64,000 bases of DNA from Escherichia phage EC121. The position numbers and the translations under genes are program-made. The notes beneath the pieces were generated by a model. The model did not search any database. It saw only the letters and a list, made by a program, of their open reading frames with translations, and had not been told where the DNA came from. Shown here piece by piece: positions 47,740-56,925 of the stretch. Every line of letters starts with the position of its first letter. The first letter of the stretch is position 1. The stretch is taken from sequence record NC_054909.1, one strand, 5' to 3'.

Positions 47740-48692
47740 TTCAATACCTCAATAGCATTACGTAAACCATTTGCTTTTGCATTAAGAGCTTTTAACAATT
47801 TAGTGTGTTCGGCAATCTGAGCTTCAACTTCAACCAGTCGAGATTTGAGATATTCACGTTCTTCACTCATGTTATCAATCTTTTCTACTTTAGGCTCTTT
47901 TACAACTGTCTTATATGTATTAGGATTCTTCAGTTTAATTAGAATACGTGAACTGTATAACATTGAACCATTATCTTCGATTTCGTCATACATTTCTACT
48001 ACGTCCATAATTTTTAACATCATGCGAAGTTTATAAGACAACGAACGAATAGTTTTGTTGTGCTTATTAATTTCTCTAGCTGTCATGGTGCCGAGATTAC
48101 GTGAGTAATAATAAGGAACCTGGATATTAATTAATACTGATGAACCACCTGGCTTGTGTGTTACTTCATCAGCAATAACCCAGTCCTTAACATGAACTGT
48201 ATTTGTACGGTCATCGCCTGCGGTAAATAGTTTGCGAGCATGCTTAAAAAGCATATTCACTTGGGTATTGAATTGACAAGCAAATTTATCAGCAAATTTA
48301 GTTTCAGGAATGGTAGATAACCAATCAGCTAAATGGGTCTTTTTAACATCGTTAACAATAGTAAATTCAACCAAATCGATTATAGATGTCGCAGATTTAA
48401 TGAAGCTTGGCTTCATAAAGTTTTTAATGTTATCGCGAGCTACAGTAGAAGATAACATACGAGAACGTTTAAACCATTCAAGCAAATTGCCTAACGAATG
48501 AGAATAAGCGTTTTGAGTATCTTTACAGATATGATTTTCCTGGCCAACATATTGAAGGAAATCACGAAGAATATTATTAATTACTGATCTGTGTCCGATC
48601 TGATAATTGCGGTGTTTAGTAATAAGACTGTCAAAATAATCAATATAATGTTTACGAGTCATATTAATCTCCTCAGTAGAAAGTAAGAACAT
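47736..48692 (-). CDS. hypothetical protein with C-terminal coiled coil
   Basis: 318-aa ORF; the promoter at 48692-48721 suggests the true start is the internal ATG (MTRKHY...). Confidence 0.55.
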   Translation of the reverse strand: MFLLSTEEINMTRKHYIDYFDSLITKHRNYQIGHRSVINNILRDFLQYVGQENHICKDTQNAYSHSLGNLLEWFKRSRMLSSTVARDNIKNFMKPSFIKSATSIIDLVEFTIVNDVKKTHLADWLSTIPETKFADKFACQFNTQVNMLFKHARKLFTAGDDRTNTVHVKDWVIADEVTHKPGGSSVLINIQVPYYYSRNLGTMTAREINKHNKTIRSLSYKLRMMLKIMDVVEMYDEIEDNGSMLYSSRILIKLKNPNTYKTVVKEPKVEKIDNMSEEREYLKSRLVEVEAQIAEHTKLLKALNAKANGLRNAIEVLK

Positions 48693-48721
48693 TATACCAC
48701 ATCCTTGTGGCGAAGTAAACT
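48692..48721 (-). promoter_or_regulatory. early promoter (GTTTAC, 17 nt, TATAAT)
   Basis: GTTTACTTCGCCACAAGGATGTGGTATAAT; spacer nearly identical to the rIIA.1 promoter at 2418-2447. Confidence 0.55.
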
Positions 48722-49739
48722 AGTTTAGTGCATTTAGTGCATTGTTCAGTTTAGAACGTTGCTTCGTGAGATTTTTGACTTTTTCTTGAGCTTTTTCTAG
48801 CATCTTTTCAGCTTCTAACACTTCATTAGTTGCTTTAACGAGTTCATCATCTACTGCCTTAAGGGACTTCTCAATCGCATCCGCGTGCCATTTTTCAACA
48901 GGTTTAAGACTCGGATTTTCAACAGGAAGAAAATTCGCTTTATTGAATTTCCATGCATCCTTATTACCTGAACTATACATCCAAAATTTAGGATCGTTTG
49001 ATGAGTAATTGGATAAATTTAAGATATCTTGCACTTCCTGCTTTTTCTCTTGCGGGATTTCGTCCTTTCTCAAAAAATCGTATTTAAATGAAACGATCAT
49101 ATCAAGTTCATATATTGTTGTGTCTAATTTAAATCGCTCAAAACGAGGTAAAATCTTAGACTGAACAGCGGCAACAACATCCATATACTTAAATGCTTCT
49201 GCCAACTGCGATTTAAGGCATTCGCAAATTGAAAGAGAATTTTTTGTATTAGGTTTAAAGCTAATTCGTGCAGTTCTGTTATTTTCTTTTAATGGTCTTA
49301 CTTCCATCTGAAGAGTATAACCATCAAATTTCAGGTTCTTTAAGTTAATGTCAGAACCTTTTAATCGACTAGCCGTCGACAAAATTTGCTTTAATTGTTT
49401 ACGGAATAGAGCAATAAATCTCCATTCAATACGATAATGATTTGGATTAAAAAATCCAGATGATAAATCGACCTTACTCTGACCAACGCCTTGAACAAAT
49501 AGAGGATTTTTATAATCAATAGTTTTACAGAAATCGGTGAGCTGCTCACGAGCCGTCATTTGTGTAATATACCCCGCTTTACTAAAATGACGTAACCATT
49601 CACTGCTATTCATATATTTAAAGTGAATATCACGATTAACTTTATCAGGGTCTAAATTATTTTGGCACAAAAATGTCATAACATCACGAGTATAGCTGGC
49701 ATTACGAACCATATCTTCAATTTGAGAACGAGTTTTCAT
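48720..49739 (-). CDS. hypothetical protein with C-terminal coiled coil
   Basis: 339-aa ORF. Confidence 0.55.
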   Translation of the reverse strand: MKTRSQIEDMVRNASYTRDVMTFLCQNNLDPDKVNRDIHFKYMNSSEWLRHFSKAGYITQMTAREQLTDFCKTIDYKNPLFVQGVGQSKVDLSSGFFNPNHYRIEWRFIALFRKQLKQILSTASRLKGSDINLKNLKFDGYTLQMEVRPLKENNRTARISFKPNTKNSLSICECLKSQLAEAFKYMDVVAAVQSKILPRFERFKLDTTIYELDMIVSFKYDFLRKDEIPQEKKQEVQDILNLSNYSSNDPKFWMYSSGNKDAWKFNKANFLPVENPSLKPVEKWHADAIEKSLKAVDDELVKATNEVLEAEKMLEKAQEKVKNLTKQRSKLNNALNALN

Positions 49740-49747
49740 GGTGTTCC

Positions 49748-50671
49748 TTAAGATTTAAGTAAATCGACAATTTTAATTAACTTTTCACGCTCAGATTTAG
49801 CTTTACTACTCAGTCCAGATAGTCTGAAAATTTCATCATCATATTGTTGAATAGAAATATTCAGCTCTTCAATCTGTTTATTAAAATAATCAATTTGTTC
49901 AGAATGTTTTTCGTTACTACGAACTGGTACAGGTTTCGTAGGCAATTTAGTTAAACTGGATTCATCCGGGCGATAAATTAAAATACAACTTGAACCAATC
50001 GGGCATTTTGCACCAGATGAATATTCTAATGTTCCAGCTTCTTTTAAAACTTCAAAAGCTAAACAGAGATGATGCCCCATATTAACATAATCTGTAGAGC
50101 GAGCTCTGATGTAATAATCATCTCCGCGAATACTAAATTTAAAGCATTTAAGGTCTTCTGTATTATTGGTCTTAAAAATCATTTGTTTATCTAGACCTTT
50201 AGCTAATCGAGCGCCTAATGCTAATAATCGTCGTTGATTTTTCCACAAATCCGCAATCATTTGATCGAATGATAATTTTGGCATTAGTCGACCATAAAGG
50301 TCATATCCTTTATTATAATTACGAAGGATTTCACTCGCATTAATGCGAGACAACGCTCCAATTTTATTAAGGGCTTTCATGATACGATTAGATAAACTCA
50401 TTCCAGACCCGTTTGTTCGCTGTAGATGTTTTTCTAATCCAAATCCAATATCAACTTTAAACTTATCTAAAATTTCTGCATGAACATCTTTGTCGATAAC
50501 ATTCAAATCCAAAGTTGGGTTAAATCTATGAAAAAATTTATCTGGCTCTCCACGGCGAAGTACAGTCCATTCATTCAATTTTTTATTAACTAAAGATTTA
50601 ATTACTGCATTGACATTATTAATTACTACTGACATATTTTCCTCACTCATTTTCAATTTTACTAAATACAC
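49748..50671 (-). CDS. hypothetical protein with C-terminal coiled coil
   Basis: 307-aa ORF. Confidence 0.55.
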   Translation of the reverse strand: MYLVKLKMSEENMSVVINNVNAVIKSLVNKKLNEWTVLRRGEPDKFFHRFNPTLDLNVIDKDVHAEILDKFKVDIGFGLEKHLQRTNGSGMSLSNRIMKALNKIGALSRINASEILRNYNKGYDLYGRLMPKLSFDQMIADLWKNQRRLLALGARLAKGLDKQMIFKTNNTEDLKCFKFSIRGDDYYIRARSTDYVNMGHHLCLAFEVLKEAGTLEYSSGAKCPIGSSCILIYRPDESSLTKLPTKPVPVRSNEKHSEQIDYFNKQIEELNISIQQYDDEIFRLSGLSSKAKSEREKLIKIVDLLKS

Positions 50672-51050
50672 AGAATATGATTGAACAGACTACATAAGCA
50701 CCACACACAGATTGAACTAATACCATTCCAAAGAACCAGACAATATTATCAAACCATGTCTGTTTTACGTCGAAAGGACGTAAACTTACAGTAATATTAT
50801 CACCTTTTTCTATTGAAGAATACATCTCTGGGGAAATATATTCACTAAATCTATAACCGTCTTTGAGTTCATATACAGCAATAAACGATAAACTAGACCC
50901 CTTTCCTTGAGTTCCTGTAAGGGTATTAACTACAGTAACATCATAATCTTTATAATGCATATAATCATTAATAGCATAATAACCATATGCAATTGCTATA
51001 CATAAACAACATATCAATAAATTCAATCTTTTAATTATCAACTGTTTCAT
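50643..51050 (-). CDS. membrane protein
   Basis: 135 aa; hydrophobic segments at both termini. Confidence 0.5.
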   Translation of the reverse strand: MKQLIIKRLNLLICCLCIAIAYGYYAINDYMHYKDYDVTVVNTLTGTQGKGSSLSFIAVYELKDGYRFSEYISPEMYSSIEKGDNITVSLRPFDVKQTWFDNIVWFFGMVLVQSVCGAYVVCSIIFCVFSKIENE

Positions 51051-51105
51051 AATAATCTCAATTAAAAGGGCTTAGAACCATTATACCATCCTTGGTATAA
51101 AGCGG

Positions 51106-51633
51106 TTATGCGAGTACCGTCTTTAACCGTTCTTCAAACTTCCGAAGAGTATTTTGGCGTTCAGCTCTTTGCTTTTTGTAAGTTTCAATACGCTCTGAAA
51201 TGAGAGTGTATCGTTCATTTACTGATTCTTTCATAAAATCAGGAATTTCACGAGAAGCTTTAATCTCGTCAAATTTATCAATAACAGCTTGCTCTTCAGC
51301 AATTAAGTTATCATACATTAAAATATCTTTCTTGATGAACTCAATATCTTCTTGAGTTACACGAGATAATTTAGATGCTTTATCCTTTTTGTACTGTTCG
51401 TTAGTATCACGAGACCAGTGTAATGTACGATTTTTATTCGTATTTTTGTAAATTTCTACAATACCGATCTCATCAATAATAACGATCCAATTCCAACGCG
51501 ATTTGTAAATTTGTCCTCCATCAACAGTGATTTCACCTCCGATTGAGATGTCATTAAAGAACTTGCTTTGTGCTTCTGATTTAAATTTACCATCGTTGTA
51601 ATTTACCAGGTTGAAAATATCTTTAGCGTTCAT
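51106..51633 (-). CDS. hypothetical protein
   Basis: 175-aa ORF, charged C-terminal helix. Confidence 0.5.
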   Translation of the reverse strand: MNAKDIFNLVNYNDGKFKSEAQSKFFNDISIGGEITVDGGQIYKSRWNWIVIIDEIGIVEIYKNTNKNRTLHWSRDTNEQYKKDKASKLSRVTQEDIEFIKKDILMYDNLIAEEQAVIDKFDEIKASREIPDFMKESVNERYTLISERIETYKKQRAERQNTLRKFEERLKTVLA

Positions 51634-51693
51634 TTTGTGTTCCTCCGTAGTTGATAGGGTAATAATACCACAGAGGAACAGTCTTGTAAACCA

Positions 51694-52008
51694 CTAAAAG
51701 AAACTTCTTTCACAATTTTTTCCACTGAACCATGCGCTCACTGCTTTCTTAGTCTCAGGAGCAGTGTTATCCATAAACCATTCAAAGGCAGCCTTTTTAT
51801 GATTCTGGAGGGCTTCTCGGGCTTTAATCTGCTCACGGTCTATTAACACTAACATATGAGCCTTTCTTGTCACCATGGGCTTCTTATGATTTTTTGAATA
51901 CTCCCAATCATTTGTCCATCGCATTGTTGTTGCGAACTGAAATACTGCTTCTTTAATTTTAGTTTCGTAAATTTCACGAGCCTTTGAGTATAACATCACT
52001 ACCTCCAT
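51694..52008 (-). CDS. hypothetical protein
   Basis: 104-aa ORF. Confidence 0.45.
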   Translation of the reverse strand: MEVVMLYSKAREIYETKIKEAVFQFATTMRWTNDWEYSKNHKKPMVTRKAHMLVLIDREQIKAREALQNHKKAAFEWFMDNTAPETKKAVSAWFSGKNCERSFF

Positions 52009-52097
52009 TCACCAGTTTAATTCTAGTCATCTTTTTAATGGCAGTCCATATAATCTATTTCTGAACTGCCTTTTTGTCATAGAAGTCCTCTTATGAA

Positions 52098-52841
52098 TTA
52101 TTTCAGAAGAGTAACCTCAGCGATTTCTTCCCAACCGTTTTTGTCGGTCATAATAAAGTCAGCAAGATAAAGAGCAGTACGCAGTGAAACATTGCGTAAA
52201 CGATTAACATTGACTTTCATCCATGATAATGCTTTATAAGTTTCTTCATCAGAAAGACCGCGCTTTTGCATCATGTCAGTTGAAAGAATAACATCTTCAA
52301 CCCTGACCATAATTTCTTCATTAGTGTGAACACCCAAATCCAAATAAACTGAGCGGGACACTAATGCTTGTAAATGTGGAGCAAGTTTAGTACCACGGTC
52401 TAATTCGCGGTCAATATCAACGTTTGTGATAAAAACAATAGTTCCTTTAAATTCAAACTCGCGCTCAATGCCTTTTTCTTCTAAGTAAGAAGATGCAGTG
52501 CTCCAGCAGACTTTACGGGTCTCTCCAGTGTCCAGAGCAGCTTTTAGAAGATTAAGAATGTCCATATCAGAGAAAACATCCACATCATCAATCAAAAGGA
52601 CAGAATTCTCTTCACGATTATTCCAAAGCTGTTCATAAAGACCAATACCAGAGATTTTACCATTAATGCTTTTATACTCAATGTATCCAATATCATTTGC
52701 TTTATTTAAAGCTTTATCTAAAGAATACGTTTTACCAATACCTGCTGCTCCCGAGATAATTAATGAACGAATGTTTCCGTTAATAATACCATTCGTCATC
52801 ATTCCCATAACATTAAATCTTTTATTAATGCGGGTTTTCAT
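52098..52841 (-). CDS. P-loop NTPase (AAA-like ATPase), 5-prime end unresolved
   Basis: 247 aa; Walker A SGAAGIGKT and Walker B VLLIDDVD; the frame stays open for about 68 codons upstream with no start codon. Confidence 0.6.
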   Translation of the reverse strand: MKTRINKRFNVMGMMTNGIINGNIRSLIISGAAGIGKTYSLDKALNKANDIGYIEYKSINGKISGIGLYEQLWNNREENSVLLIDDVDVFSDMDILNLLKAALDTGETRKVCWSTASSYLEEKGIEREFEFKGTIVFITNVDIDRELDRGTKLAPHLQALVSRSVYLDLGVHTNEEIMVRVEDVILSTDMMQKRGLSDEETYKALSWMKVNVNRLRNVSLRTALYLADFIMTDKNGWEEIAEVTLLK

Positions 52842-52996
52842 ATCTTCATACGATTCTTTAACTTCTTCAACTTTTACACCATCATATGAAATGTCTGATT
52901 TGTAAACCCAAACACCGCGACGCTTACCGTCAATTTCAACAAAAACTTTACCATCTCCTTGTGCATCTACCGGAGCATTATCTGGGAACCATTCGC

Positions 52997-53068
52997 CTAA
53001 GAGTTCAAAAGTTCCAGAGATTTCTTTACCGAAGTAGATACCCTCTTATTGATAGTTACAGTTTTCAT
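52997..53068 (-). other. 23-codon leader ORF behind cassette copy C
   Basis: ATG with GGAGAA RBS encodes MKTVTINKRVSTSVKKSLELLNS; it overlaps, in another frame, the open upstream extension of the ATPase ORF. Confidence 0.35.
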
Positions 53069-53150
53069 TTTATTCTCCAAATCTATATCAGTTGATAGTT
53101 GTATAGTACCATAAAGCTTTATGCTTGTAAACAGTTTTGTGAAAAATTTT
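53069..53150 (-). repeat. promoter-leader cassette copy C
   Basis: TTTTTCACAAAACTGTTTAC, 17 nt, GGTACTATACAACTATCAACTGATATAGATTTGGAGAATAAAATG. Confidence 0.6.
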
Positions 53151-53162
53151 TGAAATAAAAAA

Positions 53163-53180
53163 GGGAGCCCGAAGGCTCCC
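53163..53180 (-). terminator. intrinsic terminator after the NTase-fold gene
   Basis: GGGAGCC-UUCG-GGCUCCC followed by UUUUUU on the minus-strand RNA. Confidence 0.6.
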
Positions 53181-53182
53181 TA

Positions 53183-54196
53183 TCATTTATAATAACTTCT
53201 GTGGTTTTCAAGATAGACCTTCTCAAGGAAGTCATCCCAGAAACTCATGTCTACTGTTTTAGGCATACCGTTCTTAGAAGCTTCAGTAGATGCTGCTTCT
53301 ACTTGATCGACCACATCTTCTAAAAACTCTTGAACCGTTTTAAATGGATGCTTACCCAACTTCACGTCGAGAATAAATGGAGCGTCTTGAAGTGGATAAA
53401 TCAAGTCGCCAGTTTTGTAAATTTCCAATAGTTGGAGTCCACCACGACAAGCATGACTTAGTGCTTTCCAATCAATACCTTCATTAGCTTCGGCTTTACG
53501 AGCACGTTCACCATATTCAGCATCTAATTTGTTCAGTGACTGCTTAAGCTCAATAAGAGAAAGCGTTGTCTGATATTTACGACCCAGCACTGTATAGAAC
53601 GTTTGTGGACCTGTTTTCTCATGATTATGGAACACCCATTCACAGAATTCGTTCTCTGGAAGACGATGCTTAATATCTTCAATTTTAGTGCGACGTTGTC
53701 CTTGTGTTCCATCTTCTCGGTAAACATTCCGTTGATCAGGAATTTGATTAACTACTTTCAATACATCACGTAATGCAGCCAAACGAGAACCTTTAACACC
53801 ATATTTAGAGGCTTGTTTACGAACATATCCTAAATAGGATTTCATGTTAGTCGTATAAAAACGAGAACGGTTGTCTTGAATAAACTTCCACACATCAGGC
53901 AAATCAGATTTAACCACTAGTTCAGGTGGAGTGTGAAGCATATCCAATGCTACAGTTTCACCATCTGCTGCTAATTTAAAGAAATATTTAAGACTGTATA
54001 GTTCATGGTCAATATCATCTTTAGTGTTTTTAGATGATGTGTTGTTAGTGTTTTTACTCATGTGCTCTTTGACATTTCCGATAAGAATATCGCGAGCAGG
54101 AGGAACAAAGATTTCTTTAAAATCTACATCAGATTCTGGGGTAGAAGTTCCATAAAGATGACTACCGAAATAGCTTTTCATTACTGTTTTCATCAT
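53183..54196 (-). CDS. nucleotidyltransferase-fold protein (pol beta / minimal NTase superfamily)
   Basis: 337 aa; N-terminal FGSHLYGTSTPESDVDF matches the GS-x(9-13)-DxD NTase signature; rest of protein unassigned. Confidence 0.55.
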   Translation of the reverse strand: MMKTVMKSYFGSHLYGTSTPESDVDFKEIFVPPARDILIGNVKEHMSKNTNNTSSKNTKDDIDHELYSLKYFFKLAADGETVALDMLHTPPELVVKSDLPDVWKFIQDNRSRFYTTNMKSYLGYVRKQASKYGVKGSRLAALRDVLKVVNQIPDQRNVYREDGTQGQRRTKIEDIKHRLPENEFCEWVFHNHEKTGPQTFYTVLGRKYQTTLSLIELKQSLNKLDAEYGERARKAEANEGIDWKALSHACRGGLQLLEIYKTGDLIYPLQDAPFILDVKLGKHPFKTVQEFLEDVVDQVEAASTEASKNGMPKTVDMSFWDDFLEKVYLENHRSYYK

Positions 54197-54654
54197 TCAG
54201 CCTTATATTCAATAACAGGACATACTTTAGCTTTACGAGCTTTTAAAAATTCAACGATAATCGATTTCTTGGGTTGAATAAGAGGTAAACCTTTATTTTT
54301 CCTATCAATGTTTTCTACGTGTAAAGCATAATCCTTTTTCCATTTATAATCTTTATATTTTTCACGCAAATGTACAGGAATAACAAATGAACCAATAATA
54401 AGTAAAACAACCAAAAGCGCAAGTATAAATGCTGATGGAAGCAAAGTCCATAAACTACCAAAAATAAGCCAGCGCTGTAAACTTTCTGCACAAATAATTG
54501 TCAGCCCTACGAGTATAGCACACCCAAAAATAGAAACGAAAAATGTAGGGATAACAATAGACCAAAAGTATGCACATAGCGTCTTAGGTCGTTGCCATTC
54601 GTCGTTAAACAATTTGAATAATTTATAATGCCAAGAGTTTTCATTAATAATCAT
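54193..54654 (-). CDS. membrane protein
   Basis: 153 aa; two to three predicted TM helices; basic C-terminus. Confidence 0.5.
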   Translation of the reverse strand: MIINENSWHYKLFKLFNDEWQRPKTLCAYFWSIVIPTFFVSIFGCAILVGLTIICAESLQRWLIFGSLWTLLPSAFILALLVVLLIIGSFVIPVHLREKYKDYKWKKDYALHVENIDRKNKGLPLIQPKKSIIVEFLKARKAKVCPVIEYKAE

Positions 54655-54656
54655 AA

Positions 54657-55178
54657 TTATCCTTTCATTGGAGGCGTAACGGTTGTTAAATACTTAATCA
54701 TAGCTTCAGCTTCTGATTTTGATAATGAAATTTCTTCATTGTTTTGACGAATAGAAATAAAATCCGGATGACGGTCACCACCAGCTTTTAAAACACACAT
54801 ATAAGTATCAACTTCGCCTTCAATATTTGAAATGATTGAAGCAGTTCCACATGAATGCGGTTTTTGATAAATCAATACAGCTTTTCTTCCACCGTTTGAC
54901 TGTTCATAGGCTTTTAATACATCAAGCAAATCAGTTCTTTTATCAATAGCTAAAATATTATTTTCATCTTCAATGTTAAATCCTTCGGATACTTCATAAA
55001 GCGTTACCCATAAATCACCGATGTCAATAACAGCATTTACTTTTCCACGGCTTTCAAGAGTATGACAAATTTTCTTGATTTCGTCATAACTCATTTTAAT
55101 AATATCATCTCCTTGACTAAGAAAGATGTCATTTTTAAATTCAACACGAATTAAACCGCTTCCACTTGAAATAAACAT
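54657..55178 (-). CDS. hypothetical protein, tandem paralog 1
   Basis: 173 aa; C-terminus ...EAEAMIKYLTTVTPPMKG resembles that of the next ORF. Confidence 0.5.
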   Translation of the reverse strand: MFISSGSGLIRVEFKNDIFLSQGDDIIKMSYDEIKKICHTLESRGKVNAVIDIGDLWVTLYEVSEGFNIEDENNILAIDKRTDLLDVLKAYEQSNGGRKAVLIYQKPHSCGTASIISNIEGEVDTYMCVLKAGGDRHPDFISIRQNNEEISLSKSEAEAMIKYLTTVTPPMKG

Positions 55179-55184
55179 ATTTCC

Positions 55185-55739
55185 TCACTTTGAAATCATA
55201 GTTGGAATGACAGAATCAAGATAAGTCTTTAGTGCAATAGCTTCATCTTTGGTAAATGTGACAATATGTGCTCGAGAATCATCAATTTGGCGAACAAGTA
55301 CGACATCGCCATCTTCATAAGAAGTCTTGACATCCAAAGTCGTAGTATAATTTGCAGCTACTGGATTAATAATGCTAGCACCGCGATCTTTAGCCCATTG
55401 AAGTTTAGCCTTTTCGGGTGTTTCGATTGTTTCAGATTCCAAGAATTCTTTCACCTTGGTAACGAATGTTGCCCAATTGTTGATAGAAAGACACATAAAT
55501 TCAGTTTCAATATTACCGCCGTAAAGGCCACGATAAAAACGAACTTGGAGGTCGCCTGTAATATTAGTTACACCGGTAACTCCTGAGGGAGCATAAGATA
55601 AAATCGCAGCCAGTTCCATAGGAAGAATAGTAATATTATCGTCTTCCTGCGTCAGAACGTATACATTATCACGTTTTTCGATAACCAGGTCACCGAACAA
55701 ATCAGTTGTTTCAATTACAGCTTTCATATTATTTACCAA
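55185..55739 (-). CDS. hypothetical protein, tandem paralog 2
   Basis: 184 aa; C-terminus ...DEAIALKTYLDSVIPTMISK. Confidence 0.5.
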   Translation of the reverse strand: MVNNMKAVIETTDLFGDLVIEKRDNVYVLTQEDDNITILPMELAAILSYAPSGVTGVTNITGDLQVRFYRGLYGGNIETEFMCLSINNWATFVTKVKEFLESETIETPEKAKLQWAKDRGASIINPVAANYTTTLDVKTSYEDGDVVLVRQIDDSRAHIVTFTKDEAIALKTYLDSVIPTMISK

Positions 55740-55914
55740 TTAAAGTTTCAATATAAGAATCAAGATTTACTTTAGCTTCTTCCATAAGAGTTTTGTATTT
55801 AATCTTGTTAGCATGTCCGGAGAAAGCTGATTCATCAATAATTGTTGATGTATGAACAGCTCTACTATACGTCTCAATTAATTCTCTTAATTTAAAAGCC
55901 TGCTCACTTGTCAT
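55729..55914 (-). CDS. small acidic helical protein (array member)
   Basis: 61 aa; shares N-terminal (S/T)xEQxxKL..LI and C-terminal DxYIE pattern with neighbours. Confidence 0.45.
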   Translation of the reverse strand: MTSEQAFKLRELIETYSRAVHTSTIIDESAFSGHANKIKYKTLMEEAKVNLDSYIETLIGK

Positions 55915-56078
55915 TACATACTCCTTTGAATAATATCAATAATGTTGTTCACCAAATTATACGTAAACATTGGGTAATTATATTGAATCATCACATACAC
56001 AACAAACAAAACTTTCATTCTCTTCTCCTTGGCAGTTGACAAGATTACTATACCATAACCTTGCCAACTTGTAAACCA

Positions 56079-56252
56079 TTAAATGACGTTTTCGATAAAA
56101 TTCTGAAGCTTTGTATGAGCATCAACCATGATTTTCATTTCTTCCTTTGCGAAAGCTGTGCCTCTTTCACGAGAAGAACATTCATAGTCAGAAACTGCAT
56201 TAGCATATTCTTCAATTAGCTTCATTAAAAACATCTGCTTTTCAGTTTTCAT
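56079..56252 (-). CDS. small acidic helical protein (array member)
   Basis: 57-aa ORF not in the track: MKTEKQMFLMKLIEEYANAV... Confidence 0.4.
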   Translation of the reverse strand: MKTEKQMFLMKLIEEYANAVSDYECSSRERGTAFAKEEMKIMVDAHTKLQNFIENVI

Positions 56253-56436
56253 TATTCCACCTAATCATTTCAAGATATTGAACTAACTTAGCTTTGGATT
56301 TATCCAAATCCTTTTTAGCTGTTTCTATACCGTCGTATGAATATCCTTCACAATGCTCAACTGCTAATTGATATGAATCTATTTCAACATCACGTGCTAA
56401 TTTAATGATTTTTTCAAACTGTTCGTGTGTTAGCAT
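56242..56436 (-). CDS. small acidic helical protein (array member)
   Basis: 64-aa ORF. Confidence 0.45.
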   Translation of the reverse strand: MLTHEQFEKIIKLARDVEIDSYQLAVEHCEGYSYDGIETAKKDLDKSKAKLVQYLEMIRWNNEN

Positions 56437-56438
56437 AC

Positions 56439-56642
56439 TTAAACTCTCGTATTATGATCGATAATTTCATCAAGAAACATATCTAACGCTTCTAAAGCAT
56501 TATCAACTTTAGTTTCAAAGTCTTTAATGCCTTTATTCGAAATACCCGATGAATACCAAGCAAAGTCAATCAGCTCTTCATCTGCTTTACGAATTGAAGC
56601 CACTAATTCCTTGATTTTATCTGCTTGCTCTATACTAATCAT
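56439..56642 (-). CDS. small acidic helical protein (array member)
   Basis: 67 aa from internal ATG ([14 protein letters not shown]...). Confidence 0.45.
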   Translation of the reverse strand: MISIEQADKIKELVASIRKADEELIDFAWYSSGISNKGIKDFETKVDNALEALDMFLDEIIDHNTRV

Positions 56643-56830
56643 TATTCCACCACATATGACAGAGAGAATATTGCACACGCCATGTGAGTTGCAACTTCAT
56701 CACACATATTATAACGTTTCTTAAGAAGTTCTACCAGTTCTTCACTAGTAACTTCATCCATGTCGACGAAAAAATCACCATTAATGATGACGTAGATATT
56801 TCCTTCTTGATTGAGTGCTTCAATTTTCAT
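56642..56830 (-). CDS. small hypothetical protein
   Basis: 62 aa from ATG at 56830 with GAGGAG RBS; the longer track start lies inside the promoter. Confidence 0.5.
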
Positions 56831-56851
56831 GATGTTCTCCTCTTTATCCGA

Positions 56852-56888
56852 TAGTTGTATAGTATCACAGCTCAAACGGAAAGTAAAC
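56852..56888 (-). promoter_or_regulatory. early promoter (GTTTAC, 17 nt, TACTAT) with cassette-type leader
   Basis: GTTTACTTTCCGTTTGAGCTGTGATACTATACAACTATC... immediately after a terminator hairpin. Confidence 0.55.
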
Positions 56889-56903
56889 CGGTAAAATGAA
56901 AAA

Positions 56904-56921
56904 AGTCTCCCGAAGGAGACT
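56904..56921 (-). terminator. intrinsic terminator
   Basis: GUCUCC-UUCG-GGAGAC followed by UUUUUU on the minus-strand RNA. Confidence 0.6.
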
Positions 56922-56925
56922 AATG

